64,000 nucleotides of DNA. It comes from Octopus sinensis. Its lineage: Eukaryota. The stretch covers positions 32,984,001 through 33,048,000 of the forward strand of contig NC_043002.1 of assembly GCF_006345805.1 (NCBI RefSeq), given 5' to 3'. Of this stretch, positions 11,307 to 25,010 are shown piece after piece. The notes below the pieces were generated by a model. That model had not been told where the DNA came from. It saw only the letters and a program-made list of their open reading frames with translations, and did no database searches. The translations under genes and the position numbers were made by a program. How positions within the stretch are numbered: position 1 is the first letter of the stretch; every line of letters starts with the position of its first letter.

Positions 11307-13055
11307 AATCATTCGCCATGCTGGACGTTGCAGATTGTGTTCTTCCAGAAAGTCAATCCGGCTTTCGTGTGGGACGTGGCACTGCTGATATAATCTTTTC
11401 AGCTAGACAGCTTCAGGAGAAGTGTGTGGAACAGGGTCTGGATTTGTATCAGGTTTTTGTCGATCTGACAAAAGCCTTTGATACCGTTAATAGAAAAGTA
11501 TTGTGGAAAGTCCTCCAGAAACTTGGGTGTCCTGAAAAGTTCCTTGCTTTGGTTAGGTCTTTTCATGAAGACATGAAGGGTAGGATTAATGTTAGAGGGA
11601 AAATGTCGGAGCCCATTTCAATACAAAATGGAGTGAAACAGGGGGATATTCTGGCACCGACCCTATTTGCCATATATTTTGCGATGGTTTCCTGTATTGC
11701 ATTCAAAAACTGCAGATATGGTGTTTACATCCATTATCGAACCTCTGGCAGCATATTTAATATCAGGCGCCTTGCTGAAAAAACAAAGGTATTTACAAAG
11801 GTATTTACCTCTATCAAATAGGCAGATGATTGTGAGCTAGTAGCGCACACAGAGATTGATATGCAACACATTTTGAATGCATTCTCTGGTGCTTGCACTG
11901 CCTTAGGATTGACAGTCAGTCTCAAGAAAACTATTGTCATGTACCAACCTGCCTCTGGTAAGCAATATAGTATACCAAATATCTAGGTGTATGATAAACG
12001 ACTTGATGTAGTTGATCAGTTTGTCTACCTGGGAACCACTATTAATAGATATAGCAATTTGGATGATGAAATTCCATACAGAATTAGGAAAGTAAGTGAT
12101 GCTTTCGGAAGGCTAGAAAGGCGCCTCTGGAGTCGGCGAGACATATGCAGAAAGATAAAGATAAAGATGTACAAGGCATGTGTGCTCCCTTCTCATCTCT
12201 ATGCCTGCGAGACGTGAGTCACATATCGATACCACCTTAAACAACTGGAACGTTTCCATCAGATGTGTCTCAGTCGGATCTATGGCATTAAGTGAGAGGA
12301 CTGCATCAGTGATCTTGAAATATTGGAAGGCTCTCGGTTCAAAAGTATAGAAGCTCTTGTGTTAAAGCAAAGGCTCAGATGGAGTGGTCATCTGGTCAGG
12401 ATGAAGGATTCAAGGATGCTAAAGTACATCTTTTATGGAGAGTTAGCTAAAGGAGAACGACCCCCACATAAACCAAAAAAGAGGTATAAGGACTTGCTGA
12501 AGGCTTCCTTAAAAGATGCTTGCAACTCTCCTGGCACATGGGAGGGCATAGCTATTGATCGTAGCAGGTGGAGAAAGATTGTGCACGAGAGGACAGCTAC
12601 TTTTGAGAAATCTCGAGTTGCGTTTGAGAAAGTAAGGAAGGATGTCAGGAAGGGCATCGCTGTAACACTTCCAGATGGGAAGGGTCTTCTTGTGATGCTG
12701 ACATGCAGTGTCTGTGCAAGACCCTGCCTCAGTAAAGCTGGACTCAAGAGTCATCTTCGTAGTCATAAAGTGAGACAGATGAGTGACAACCTGGCCACTA
12801 GTGGTGGTGTTACACACCATACTAATCATATCTGTCAGGCATGTGGAAGAGAGTGCAATTCGGCAGGAGGACTTAAACGACATGTAAAGGTACATGAAGC
12901 CCAGTTACAACTACAGCCGGTAAAGGTTTTAGCTGCCAATTCTGTACAAGACATTGTAGATCTTTAGCTGGGCTGAAAAGTCACATTCGATTACAGCACC
13001 AATAACAGTTAAGCTCATGCAATGGCCATACTCGATAACGAGGGGGCAGCCATCA
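11307..13055 (+). mobile_element. 5'-truncated RTE-clade (BovB-like) LINE, RT and C-terminus, inactivated
   Basis: PESQSGFR..QLQEKC..FVDLTKAFD..GVKQG..(*)ADD..YLG..LRWSGHLVRM..IFYGEL. The Y of YADD is a stop (TAG 11819-11821) and several other stops follow. Two C2H2 fingers lie at the C-terminus. Confidence 0.92.
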
Positions 13056-14141
13056 TATATGTATGTATGTCTTATGTATGTATGTATGTGTGTGTGTGTG
13101 TGTGGGGGGGGTGGGTGTATGTATGTATGTGCTGAAGGCGGGGAGTTGACTGAATCTTTAGCACATCCGATTTTTTTTATATTCTCAACGCAAATCCCAC
13201 CGAGGTCACACTTTGCTTTTCATCCTTATGGAGATAGATAAAATAAAGTACCAGTTGAATATAGGAGTCTATATTATCGACAAATCCTCACCACCTAAGA
13301 TTGCTGGCCTTGTGCCAAAATTAGAAATCATTTGTATCTGTGTGTACGCATACATACACACACACACAAAGTTTCCATCAACTAAATTCGAAAATATTAC
13401 AAGTGCCCAAGGAGTCACTCAGTGGTATCGAACCCAGAGTCATGCAATTACCAAGCGACATTCATATTGTGATATTGTTCTTAGGTTAAATCCAACTTCT
13501 CTTCATTTACCTTTGGAAAGTTATGATCGTCATAACTTCTTTTGTTTGAAGCTGTCAAGTCCCATACCGGCCTAAAATAGACTATTTTCATAACCTCAAC
13601 AGAACGCATTTGCGTAAGCCACTTTCAATTACATCACGATACGTTACCGAATTTCAACGAAATCTCAGGTTTCAATGACTATTAAAAATTCAGATTATAA
13701 ATAAATATCGGTGAGAACAGGGAACGTATGTGAACTATGTGCCTTTGCTTAGTGTATGGTGCGTGTGTGTGTGTGTGTGTGTGTACGTAGTATGTAGAGT
13801 ATCTTGTGCTGTATGTATGTTGTATGGGTAGTATGTGATGCGGTGTATCTCTGAAGTAGGTGTGGAGTATATATGTGTGTGCGCGCGTGTGCGCGGATGT
13901 ACATGCAGTTTTATCATGACAGTCACGCTTCACTGAAAGTTTGGCTGTACACAGGGGCAGAAATTTTGGACGTCAAAATTCAACGCATTTCTTAACAACT
14001 GTCACGAACATCGACCATCCCTTAATGGCCACCGCCTAGCATACCTCTACGAACACTACTATCGTTATTTAATAGCAACTACTTGCTGTTCAACTACAAT
14101 CAATCTACTACGTTTTGAGTTCAAATATCATCAAGGTACAT

Positions 14142-14249
<108 letters not shown>

Positions 14250-14630
14250 TCGTTTACTTGTTTCAGTCATTTGACTGCGGTCATGCTGGAGCACCGCCTT
14301 TAGTCGAGCAAATCGATCCCAGGACTTATTCTTCGTAAGCCTAGTACTTATTCTATCGGTTCTCCTTTGCCGAACCGCTTAGTTACTAGGACGTAAACAC
14401 ACCAGCATCGGTTGTCAAGCGATGTTGGGGGGACGAACACAGACACACAAACATACACACACACACACATATATATATATACATATATACGACGGGCTTC
14501 TTTCAGTTTCCGTTTACCAAATCCACTCACAAGGCTTTGGTTGGCCCCAGTAGAAGTCACTTGCCTAATGTGCCACGCAGTGAGACTGAACCCGGAACCA
14601 TGTGGTTGGTAAGCAAGCCACTTACCACAC
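14250..14630 (-). mobile_element. tRNA-derived CORE-type SINE (family C), full length
   Basis: tRNA head, CORE-like 'gcaccttgggcaagtgtcttc' segment, internal microsatellite, and tail ...gcagtcaaatgactgaaacaagtaaa. Fragments at 4555-4670, 10428-10562, 14826-14952, 19845-19935, 25665-25850, 39985-40325 and 52765-52910. Confidence 0.85.
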
Positions 14631-14953
14631 AATATTTAAAGGAAAAGGAGACTGTCAGAATTTTGGATAATTCTTTATTAGCGTTTTCGTTCGTTTAACC
14701 GAACTCTACTTGGAGTGCTCGGTTAAACGGAGAAAAGGGATCTAATAAAAAATTAACCAGAATTCTGACTGTTTCCTTTTACTTAATATACAGTGTCTGA
14801 ACACCACTTCAAGCACTCTATAAATTCTTTTAGTTTCCGTCTACCAATCCCATTCACAAAGCTTTGGTCGACCCGAGGCTATAGTAGAAGGCACTTGCCC
14901 CAAGTCTGTACTCGGAACCATGTTGCTGAGAAACAAACTTCTTACCACAAAAC

Positions 14954-17900
14954 CTATTTTTTTACTACCCACAAGGGGCCAAACACAGAGAAGACAAACA
15001 AGGACAGACAAACGGATTAAGTCGATTATATCGACCCCAGTGCGTAACTGGTACTTATTTAATCGACCTCGAAAAGATGAAAGGCAAAGTCGACCTCGGC
15101 GGAATTTGAACTCAGAACGTAACGACAGACGAAATATCTATTTTTTTACTACCCACAAGGGGCCAAACACAGAGAAGACAAACAGGGACAGACAAACGGA
15201 TTAAGTCGATTATATCGACCCCAGTGCGTAACTGGTACTTATTTAATCGACCTCGAAAAGATGAAAGGCAAAGTCGACCTCGGCGGAATTTGAACTCAGA
15301 ACGTAACGACAGACGAAATACCTATTTTTTTACTACCCACAAGGGGCCAAACACAGAGAAGACAAACAAGGACAGACAAACGGATTAAGTCGATTATATC
15401 GACCCCAGTGCGTAACTGTACTTATTTAATCGACCTCGAAAAGATGAAAGGCAAGTCGACCTCGGCGGAATTTGAACTCAGAACGTAACGACAGACGAAA
15501 TACCTATTTTTTTACTACCCACAAGGGGCCAAACACAGAGAAGACAAACAGGGACAGACAAACGGATTAAGTCGATTATATCGACCCCAGTGCGTAACTG
15601 GTACTTATTTAATCGACCTCGAAAAGATGAAAGGCAAAGTCGACCTCGGCGGAATTTGAACTCAGAACGTAACGACAGACGAAATACCTATTTTTTTACT
15701 ACCCACAAGGGGCCAAACACAGAGAAGACAAACAAGGACAGACAAACGGATTAAGTCGATTATATCGACCCCAGTGCGTAACTGGTACTTATTTAATCGA
15801 CCTCGAAAAGATGAAAGGCAAAGTCGACCTCGGCGGAATTTGAACTCAGAACGTAACGACAGACGAAATACCTATTTCTTTACTACCCACAAGGGGCCAA
15901 ACACAGAGAAGACAAACAAGGACAGACAAACGGATTAAGTCGATTATATCGACCCCAGTGCGTAACTGGTACTTATTAATCGACCTCGAAAAGATGAAAG
16001 GCAAAGTCGACCTCGGCGGAATTTGAACTCAGAACGTAACGACAGACGAAATACCTATTTTTTTACTACCCACAAGGGGCCAAACACAGAGAAGACAAAC
16101 AAGGACAGACAAACGGATTAAGTCGATTATATCGACCCCAGTGCGTAACTGGTACTTATTTAATCGACCTCGAAAAGATGAAAGGCAAAGTCGACCTCGG
16201 CGGAATTTGAACTCAAACGTAACGACAGACGAAATACCTATTTTTTTACTACCCACAAGGGGCCAAACACAGAGAAGACAAACAGGACAGACAAACGGAT
16301 TAAGTCGATTATATCGACCCCAGTGCGTAACTGGTACTTATTTAATCGACCTCGAAAAGATGAAAGGCAAAGTCGACCTCGGCGGAATTTGAACTCAGAA
16401 CGTAACGACAGACGAATACCTATTTTTTTACTACCCACAAGGGGCCAAACACAGAGAAGACAAACAAGGACAGACAAACGGATTAAGTCGATTATATCGA
16501 CCCCAGTGCGTAACTGGTACTTATTTAATCGACCTCGAAAAGATGAAAGGCAAAGTCGACCTCGGCGGAATTTGAACTCAGAACGTAACGACAGACGAAA
16601 TACCTATTTTTTTACTACCCACAAGGGGCCAAACACAGAGAAGACAAACAAGGACAGACAAACGGATTAAGTCGATTATATCGACCCCAGTGCGTAACTG
16701 GTACTTATTTAATCGACCTCGAAAAGATGAAGGCAAAGTCGACCTCGGCGGAATTTGAACTCAGAACGTAACGACAGACGAAATACCTATTTTTTTACTA
16801 CCCACAAGGGGCCAAACACAGAGAAGACAAACAAGGACAGACAAACGGATTAAGTCGATTATATCGACCCCAGTGCGTAACTGGTACTTATTTAATCGAC
16901 CTCGAAAAGATGAAAGGCAAAGTCGACCTCGGCGGAATTTGAACTCAGAACGTAACGACAGACGAAATACCTATTTCTTTACTACCACAAGGGGCCAAAC
17001 ACAGAGAAGACAAACAAGGACAGACAAACGGATTAAGTCGATTATATCGACCCCAGTGCGTAACTGGTACTTATTTAATCGACCTCGAAAAGATGAAAGG
17101 CAAAGTCGACCTCGGCGGAATTTGAACTCAGAACGTAACGACAGACGAAATACCTATTTTTTTACTACCCACAAGGGGCCAACACAGAGAAGACAAACAA
17201 GGACAGACAAACGGATTAAGTCGATTATATCGACCCCAGTGCGTAACTGGTACTTATTTAATCGACCTCGAAAAGATGAAAGGCAAAGTCGACCTCGGCG
17301 GAATTTGAACTCAGAACGTAACGACAGACGAAATACCTATTTCTTTACTACCCACAAGGGGCCAAACACAGAGAAGACAAACAAGGACAGACAAACGGAT
17401 TAAGTCGATTATATCGACCCCAGTGCGTAACTGGTACTTATTTAATCGACCTCGAAAAGATGAAAGGCAAAGTCGACCTCGGCGGAATTTGAACTCAGAA
17501 CGTAACGACAGACGAAATACCTATTTTTTTACTACCCACAAGGGGCCAAACACAGAGAAGACAAACAAGGACAGACAAACGGATTAAGTCGATTATATCG
17601 ACCCCAGTGCGTAACTGGTACTTATTTAATCGACCTCGAAAAGATGAAAGGCAAAGTCGACCTCGGCGGAATTTGAACTCAGAACGTACGACAGACGAAA
17701 TACCTATTTCTTTACTACCCACAAGGGGCCAAACACAGAGAAGACAAACAAGGACAGACAAACGGATTAAGTCGATTATATCGACCCCAGTGCGTAACTG
17801 GTACTTATTTAATCGACTCGAAAAGATGAAAGGCAAAGTCGACCTCGGCGGAATTTGAACTCAGAACGTAACGACAGACGAAATACCTATTCTTTACTAC

Positions 17901-19585
17901 CCACAAGGGGCCAAACACAGAGAAGACAAACAAGGACAGACAAACGGATTAAGTCGATTATATCGACCCCAGTGCGTAACTGGTACTTATTTAATCGACC
18001 TCGAAAAGATGAAAGGCAAAGTCGACCTCGGCGGAATTTGAACTCAGAACGTAACGACAGACGAAATACCTATTTTTTTACTACCACAAGGGGCCAAACA
18101 CAGAGAAGACAAACAGGGACAGACAAACGGATTAAGTCGATTATATCGACCCCAGTGCGTAACTGGTACTTATTTAATCGACCTCGAAAAGATGAAAGGC
18201 AAAGTCGACCTCGGCGGAATTTGAACTCAGAACGTAACGACAGACGGAATACCTATTTTTTTACTACCCACAAGGGGCCAAACACAGAGAAGACAAACAA
18301 GGACAGACAAACGGATTAAGTCGATTATATCGACCCCAGTGCGTAACTGGTACTTATTTAATCGACCTCGAAAAGATGAAAGGCAAAGTCGACCTCGGCG
18401 GAATTGAACTCAGAACGTAACGACAGACGGAATACCTATTTTTTTACTACCCACAAGGGGCCAACACAGAGAAGACAAACAGGGACAGACAAACGGATTA
18501 AGTCGATTATATCGACCCCAGTGCGTAACTGGTACTTATTTAATCGACCTCGAAAAGATGAAAGGCAAAGTCGACCTCGGCGGAATTTGAACTCAGAACG
18601 TAACGACAGACGGAATACCTATTTTTTTACTACCCACAAGGGGCCAAACACAGAGAAGACAAACAAGGACAGACAAACGGATTAAGTCGATTATATCGAC
18701 CCCAGTGCGTAACTGGTACTTATTTAATCGACCTCGAAAAGATGAAAGGCAAAGTCGACCTCGGCGGAATTTGAACTCAGAACGTAACGACAGACGAAAT
18801 ACCTATTTTTTTACTACCCACAAGGGGCCAACACAGAGAAGACAAACAAGGACAGACAAACGGATTAAGTCGATTATATCGACCCCAGTGCGTACTGGTA
18901 CTTATTTAATCGACCTCGAAAAGATGAAAGGCAAAGTCGACCTCGGCGGAATTTGAACTCAGAACGTAACGACAGACGAAATACCTATTCTTTACTACCC
19001 ACAAGGGGCCAAACACAGAGAAGACAAACAAGGACAGACAAACGGATTAAGTCGATTATATCGACCCCAGTGCGTAACTGGTACTTATTTAATCGACCTC
19101 GAAAAGATGAAAGGCAAAGTCGACCTCGGCGGAATTTGAACTCAGAACGTAACGACAGACGAAATACCTATTTTTTTACTACCCACAAGGGGCCAAACAC
19201 AGAGAAGACAAACAAGGACAGACAAACGGATTAAGTCGATTATATCGACCCCAGTGCGTAACTGGTACTTATTTAATCGACCTCGAAAAGATGAAAGGCA
19301 AAGTCGACCTCGGCGGAATTTGAACTCAGAACGTAACGACAGACGAAATACCTATTTTTTTACTACCCACAGGGGCCAAACACAGAGAAGACAAACAAGG
19401 ACAGACAAACGGATTAAGTCGATTATATCGACCCCAGTGCGTAACTGGTACTTATTTAATCGACCTCGAAAAGATGAAAGGCAAAGTCGACCTCGGCGGA
19501 ATTTGAACTCAGAACGTAACGACAGACGAAATACAGTTAAGCATTTCGCTTGGCGTACTAACGTTTCTGCCAGCCCGCCGCCTTT
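14954..19585 (-). repeat. Tandem array of 25 x ~183-bp units from the body of SINE family A, capped by one SINE head (19534-19585)
   Basis: Unit: cctattt..actacccacaaggggccaaacacagagaagac..gtcgacctcggcggaatttgaactcagaacgtaacgacagacgaaata. Units are near-identical; most differences are 1-bp indels. Confidence 0.97.
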
Positions 19586-20494
19586 CCACCACAACAACAA
19601 CCAGTCCCCTCGAAACTTATGCCAAATCTCCCTTTCACTTACATTGTAACACGTGCTACCCTCACCACCATCATCGTGCTGCAATACCTTTGATCATATG
19701 AATGCTTGATTACAAACGCAGATTGACCTGGAGCTAAACAACAATATTATAACTCATATGAACCAGCGAGGGACTCTCTATATCAGTTGTTCTCAAACTG
19801 GCGAGTATCAGCCTCCTCTTTATTAATTTTTTTAAAAATTAGGTGAAGGTACGGCTGTGTGGTTCAGAAGCACGCTCTGCATCCACGTGGTTTTGGGTTC
19901 AGTTCCACTGTGTTGTACTTCAAACAAATGTTTTCTATTTCAGTCTCGAGCCTGGGGAAGCTTGTTGTTTGAGTGTGCGTTTGTGTCTTCGTGCTTAAAG
20001 TTAACTTGACGGGATTTGAATTCAGAACTTAAAGATCAGGATTTTAGATAAGAGGCAAGGCCAAGACTTTGTATGTAGGGAGAGGTCACTTGATACCACG
20101 GAACTCAGTATTTGATTGGTACTTTATTTTATCGAGTCCAGGAGAAGTTGACCCTCTTTGAGATTTGAACTTGGAACATGAAAAACCTTTTATACAATTA
20201 TTCATTCGCCATATTGCTGGAGTTTAAAACTTTATTTTAAAAATCTTAATTATTTTAAATATTGGCTTGTTGACAGCTTCCTTTCCAGTCTTTGCAGCCT
20301 CCACACAACGCTACAAGAAATATTGCTATATGTAGTTGCTCGACTTGCTAGAAATAAAAGACAATTTTCCCTCAAATTACACCTTACTGTCTTGGAAAGG
20401 ACGAGCACTCATGTACTTCTAGAGAAAAAGAAACGCGATGATCAAAGTAGGCAAGCCATTAATTATATTGTCAGCTTGTTCAAGATTAACCTGG

Positions 20495-20556
<62 letters not shown>

Positions 20557-22058
20557 TGTTGCTGATGCTGCTGCTTTGTAGCAGCAGCAGCAATACCGGC
20601 ACTACGTATCGTAGTAATGGAGGCTGCTAAGTTGTGGTTTGGCAGAGGCAAGTAGTGGTGGCTGCTTTGAAGATGATGGTGATGCTAGGGTTGTTATTGT
20701 TGTTCGTGATGATGGTAGTAGTTTTATTGATTGTAGTGTCATCAGAGGGGTAGATGTGTTGTCATGGTAACTGATTCAGCAGTCGTGACAGCAGAGTCAG
20801 AAGAGATTAGCTACTGTTTAGCCCTAGTTCATCCCTAGCCGAATAAATTTATGACCATCCCTATCATTTTGTATCTCTTGGATTTTATTGTCAAATGTGG
20901 TTTTGCATTTTTGTTTATTTATGGATACGCCATGGTCGAATGTCTGAGAAGATCGCTTTGCAGTAGCGAAATCAGGGGTTTGACCTCAGTGCATGATATC
21001 TTGAGTAAGTGTCTTTCACCATGGGTTTGAGTCAACACGTTGTGAGTGAAACTGGATGGAAACTGTACAGAAGCTCCACTTGAGAAGACTGTGGTAATCT
21101 ATGGAACTTGTACAGAAGCTCCACTTGAGAAGACTGAGGTAATCTCGATGAATCAAGAATTCTCCAAAGCCGACAACGCAATTAAAGAAAAGAAACGTAC
21201 TGTTTAGAGATAAGCAGATAGTCGTAGACTTATGTTTCTGACTCAGTCAGTACGACAATTATCTGACTTTGTCTCTAGGAGTCAAAGGACTTAGGCTTAT
21301 ACAAGGCGGATTAGAAAACAGTTGTGGGAAAGGTAATTTGCATAATTTAAGCAAAACCGAGCCAAGAGAAATTATGAAAAGTGGCCAGTGGCATGTATTT
21401 GAATAACATAGACATACATGCGTATAATAAATACTATACAGCATAAATTATTGATTTATTAAAATTGTTTCTGCCTCTTAGACGATCGGATATCATTTTG
21501 TTTATTTAAATTGTGCAATACTCGCCTGCTTATACGTTAATTCAGGAGCAGGTAATTCATGTCATCGAACAACTGAATCCCCCATTATCGAAACCAACTT
21601 TTTTTTGCTTTTTAACTACTTTACATATTTATATACTTTTTGTTTATTTTAAAACTTGCTGTGTCTGGAGGAAGGGGCTGAGCCCATAGCCTTTATACCC
21701 CCCCCCTTCCTGGGCTTGTAAAACTGATACAGTGAAAGTTCAACAGCTGCAAACCGATACCTGAAGAAAATATATAAACAGATGAGCAATTCTAGTGGGA
21801 AGACATTGAGGTGAGGATGAGAAAGGATTCTACCTGGGGACACAGCTTGGGGGATGAGACAGTACAGTGTGATTTGAAGGACTCTTTGAACTGATTATTT
21901 CTAGCCGAAGAGATCTAACATCAAAACATGTTCATTTTCTTTTCACCAGTTAACATATTCATATATTATATTTTCTGTTTTCCAGTCAGCTCAGTCGGGT
22001 CAGCCCTTGACCAAGCAGACTAATGTATTGGTGTTGTTGTTGCCGTTGCTGCTGCTGC

Positions 22059-22100
<42 letters not shown>

Positions 22101-23573
22101 ACCTCAGGTCAACTCTAACCGAGCAAGATGACGATCAAAGTTATTCCATTCCTAATCATTACGTCTCCCTTTATTCCTATCTACAACAAACTCAAACGCA
22201 CATTATCCAGCCAATTTTTTTTATGGTATTAATTGACTTGAGAGAAATTTAGTTGTTATTTCTTGCTGGCCAAGAGGCCACTCTAGAGGCTCCCTTCTTG
22301 GCTTGTCAAAGTAGGCGTGTCATCATGTTGGGTGTCTGTATAATTGCTGTCACATTTAATGTCAGTAAGACCACAGAATAGAATGATGACTATATCGCTA
22401 GTTGTAAAGACAACAGTGTGCTGGTGTATCTCGCTTTCTTCATTGTTACAAGTAAGCAAATGTATGTTTGTTTGGGGCTTTTCTATTATCGTATTTTTGT
22501 GAAACATTTAATCAAAGTAAAGGAGTGTTAGACAGCAACAAAGGTGATAAAATGTCTTTAAAACGCATAATGTAGAATAATAGGTCAGTTCCTATTCTGT
22601 CACTGAACGTTTATATGATAAATTTTCTAGATAATACATGCTAACATGTAAAACATATTTACAGAGAACCAGGTTTAACCTTTATATTCACAACTTATTC
22701 CTAGAAAAATATTCCTATCGGTTTAGCCTTTATATTCACAACTTATTCACATAAAAACACCCTTTCTTGAAGAGAGCAATAAAGAATGGATGGTGTTAAA
22801 ACGTATGATGTAGAAGAGTAGGTCAGTCCTTAGTCTCTCGCTTAACGTCTATTTCAGATTTTCAAATAATATTTACCTCTGTGTAAAACGCTTACAAAGG
22901 ACCAGCGTTACACTTGCGTTTACATAGCAATACAATCAACTGACATCTACCGTGTTGTTGTTGTTGCTGTCATTTGTTGTTGCTCAGCTTCCATCGAGGT
23001 GACTGAAAACCACTGCAGTTACCACGATAACAATTTTTTTTTTTTTAATCTTACCGAGAATTATCTAGTGCTTTACTATCCAATTCTTCTGATTTTGAAG
23101 ACTGCTCAGTAGTAGGTGACAGAGTCGTTAGAGCACCTCTTATAGTATGGTCAAATGATATTCATTCCGGTTCTCGGAGGTCAGCTCTGTCTTTCATTCT
23201 TTCGAGTTTGATAATTAAAATCCTTGTCCAATACTAGCACCACATCTTATCTTTCTCTCTAGTAGAAATCTGTTCAAACCTCGAGAGGAATGGGCTCAGA
23301 CAGGCTTAAAATGCTCAGGACACACTGTCGGTACCTATACAACGCCATCAAGAGATGAAGACCAAGCATTATTTACCTACAATTTCTAGTAAGCCAAGTT
23401 GCTACGAAGAGGTTTTCCTCCTGCTACTTTCACGGAAGGGGGCCTATAAAGGCTATGGGCTCAGGCCCTTCCTCCAGACACAGCAAGTGTTGCTCAGTTC
23501 TATATTTAAAAGGTGAGGAGATATGTACATTATTTACATTTGACGGATATTTGTCCTCATCTTGTTTGTTATT

Positions 23574-23619
23574 AGCACAACGTTTCGGCTGATGCACCCT
23601 TCAGTCTTCATCAGGTGTC
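23574..23619 (-). ncRNA. Minimal type-I hammerhead motif (Penelope-like terminus)
   Basis: GACAC-CUGAUGA-A-GACUG(AAGGGUGCAU)CAGCC-GAAACGUU/GUGCU. Helix III is the palindrome ACGU; helices I and II each have one mismatch. Confidence 0.6.
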
Positions 23620-24043
23620 TTGGGGAAATTTCGAACCTGGGTTCTCATTCCCAAACCAAACGTCACTAAGGAAGAAACGCTCGCTATCAAAAGACTACCA
23701 CCACCACAACTACTCCTAATGATGGTGATGATGATGATGATGATGATGAAATTTCAAGCCAGACAAAATGATTAGTTCAAATAATAGTTGCTACCCAAGG
23801 ACAAAACTCCTGTTACACAATGTTATCAATTAATAAGTAACTTACTTGATTAATTACTTAACTTGTGTTTATGGTTTGAAATGCATCATTTCCTTCCGTG
23901 ACATTTTTTTCAAATCGAAATTGTGACTTCTTTTTCTGAGACTTTTGTTTTTCCATACATACTCGTAGAAGGCTTGGCTTTTTAGCTTCATGCTCTTGCT
24001 TAAAGGGGCTGGAGTCATTCCAAGTTAGTGGTCCCAGAGATGT

Positions 24044-24215
24044 CATTATGCGTAGAGCTGACCAGGTCCATTAGTGTTCTCCATCACTGACGGTCTCGTG
24101 TCAACCCCTCTACATTCCTCCAAGTTGACGTTGAGCCTCTGGCGATCTTTTTCAATCACGTTCAACCATCTGATGTGGGCCTGCCACGACGCCTCTTCCA
24201 GCCTGCAGCTGCTGA
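24044..24215 (-). mobile_element. RTE-type LINE 3'-end remnant
   Basis: With frameshifts it reads AAGWKRRRGRP..IRWLNVIEKD..L..LTRDRQ*WRTLM, the canonical RTE C-terminus. Confidence 0.75.
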
Positions 24216-24289
24216 GTTGAATGAGAGTAAAGGTAGGATGATCTGGCGGGAAGAGTAGAAATAATAATTTCTAATAACAGTACAAGGCT

Positions 24290-25010
24290 TGAAATTTGTG
24301 GAGACATGACAACCGATTACATCGACTCCTGCATTTGATTATTATTTAGCAAACGCCGGAAAGGTGAAAAACAAAGTTGACCGAAACAGGATTTTAACTC
24401 AGAACGTAAATAAACCAATTGCGGAAGGTCCTTTTTCCGATGTCCGAATGATTCCTGCAATCTAGCTTTCATGCAACAATAGAAATAATGGTTTCTAATT
24501 TATGGAAAAGGCCTGCAATTACGAGAGAATGAGATTAATCTTAGTATTTGACTGGTACCTTATTTTACTGACCCTGGAATGATAAAAAGCAAAGTTGAGC
24601 TCGGGGGAATTTGAATTCAGAATGTGAAGAGTCAGGAAAAAATACCGCAAAGAACTTATCCCGATGAGTGACTGATTCTGTCAACATGCCGCCTTAGGAC
24701 AGAAGGAATAATAGACACAATACTTCTTTCTATTATAGGCATAAAATTTGGTGGGAGGCGGTTAGTCGATTACAACGAGTCCTGGAGTTGACTGGTACTT
24801 ATTTTATCAGCCCCGAAGGACGAAAAGCACAGTCGACCTCGGCAGAACTTGAATTCAGAACGTAAAGCCTGACAAAATGCCGCAAATCATATTGTCCAAA
24901 GAAATGTCTAGTCGATTGCATCGACCCCAGTGATCAATTGGTGTTCGAAAGAATGAAAAGCCCAGCCAAGCTTGGCAGAATTTAAATAGAGAAAGAAAAA
25001 CCAGATGAAA
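24290..25010 (-). mobile_element. Three to four degenerate SINE family A copies in tandem
   Basis: Repeated 'actggtacttattttat..cgaaagg..aaag..aaagtcgacctcggc.gaa.ttgaa.tcagaacgtaaa' blocks. Confidence 0.7.

Noticed and set aside
14954-15137. Hammerhead within the satellite unit (retrozyme hypothesis)
   Set aside because: No CUGANGA on either strand; the closest is CUGAGUU.
14920-19684. Many repeated ORFs (MRNWYLFNRPRKDERQSRPRRNLNSER..) and a CRISPR-like regular array
   Set aside because: These are translations of the 183-bp SINE-body unit, broken by random indels. There are no unique spacers and no cas genes, and the context is eukaryotic.
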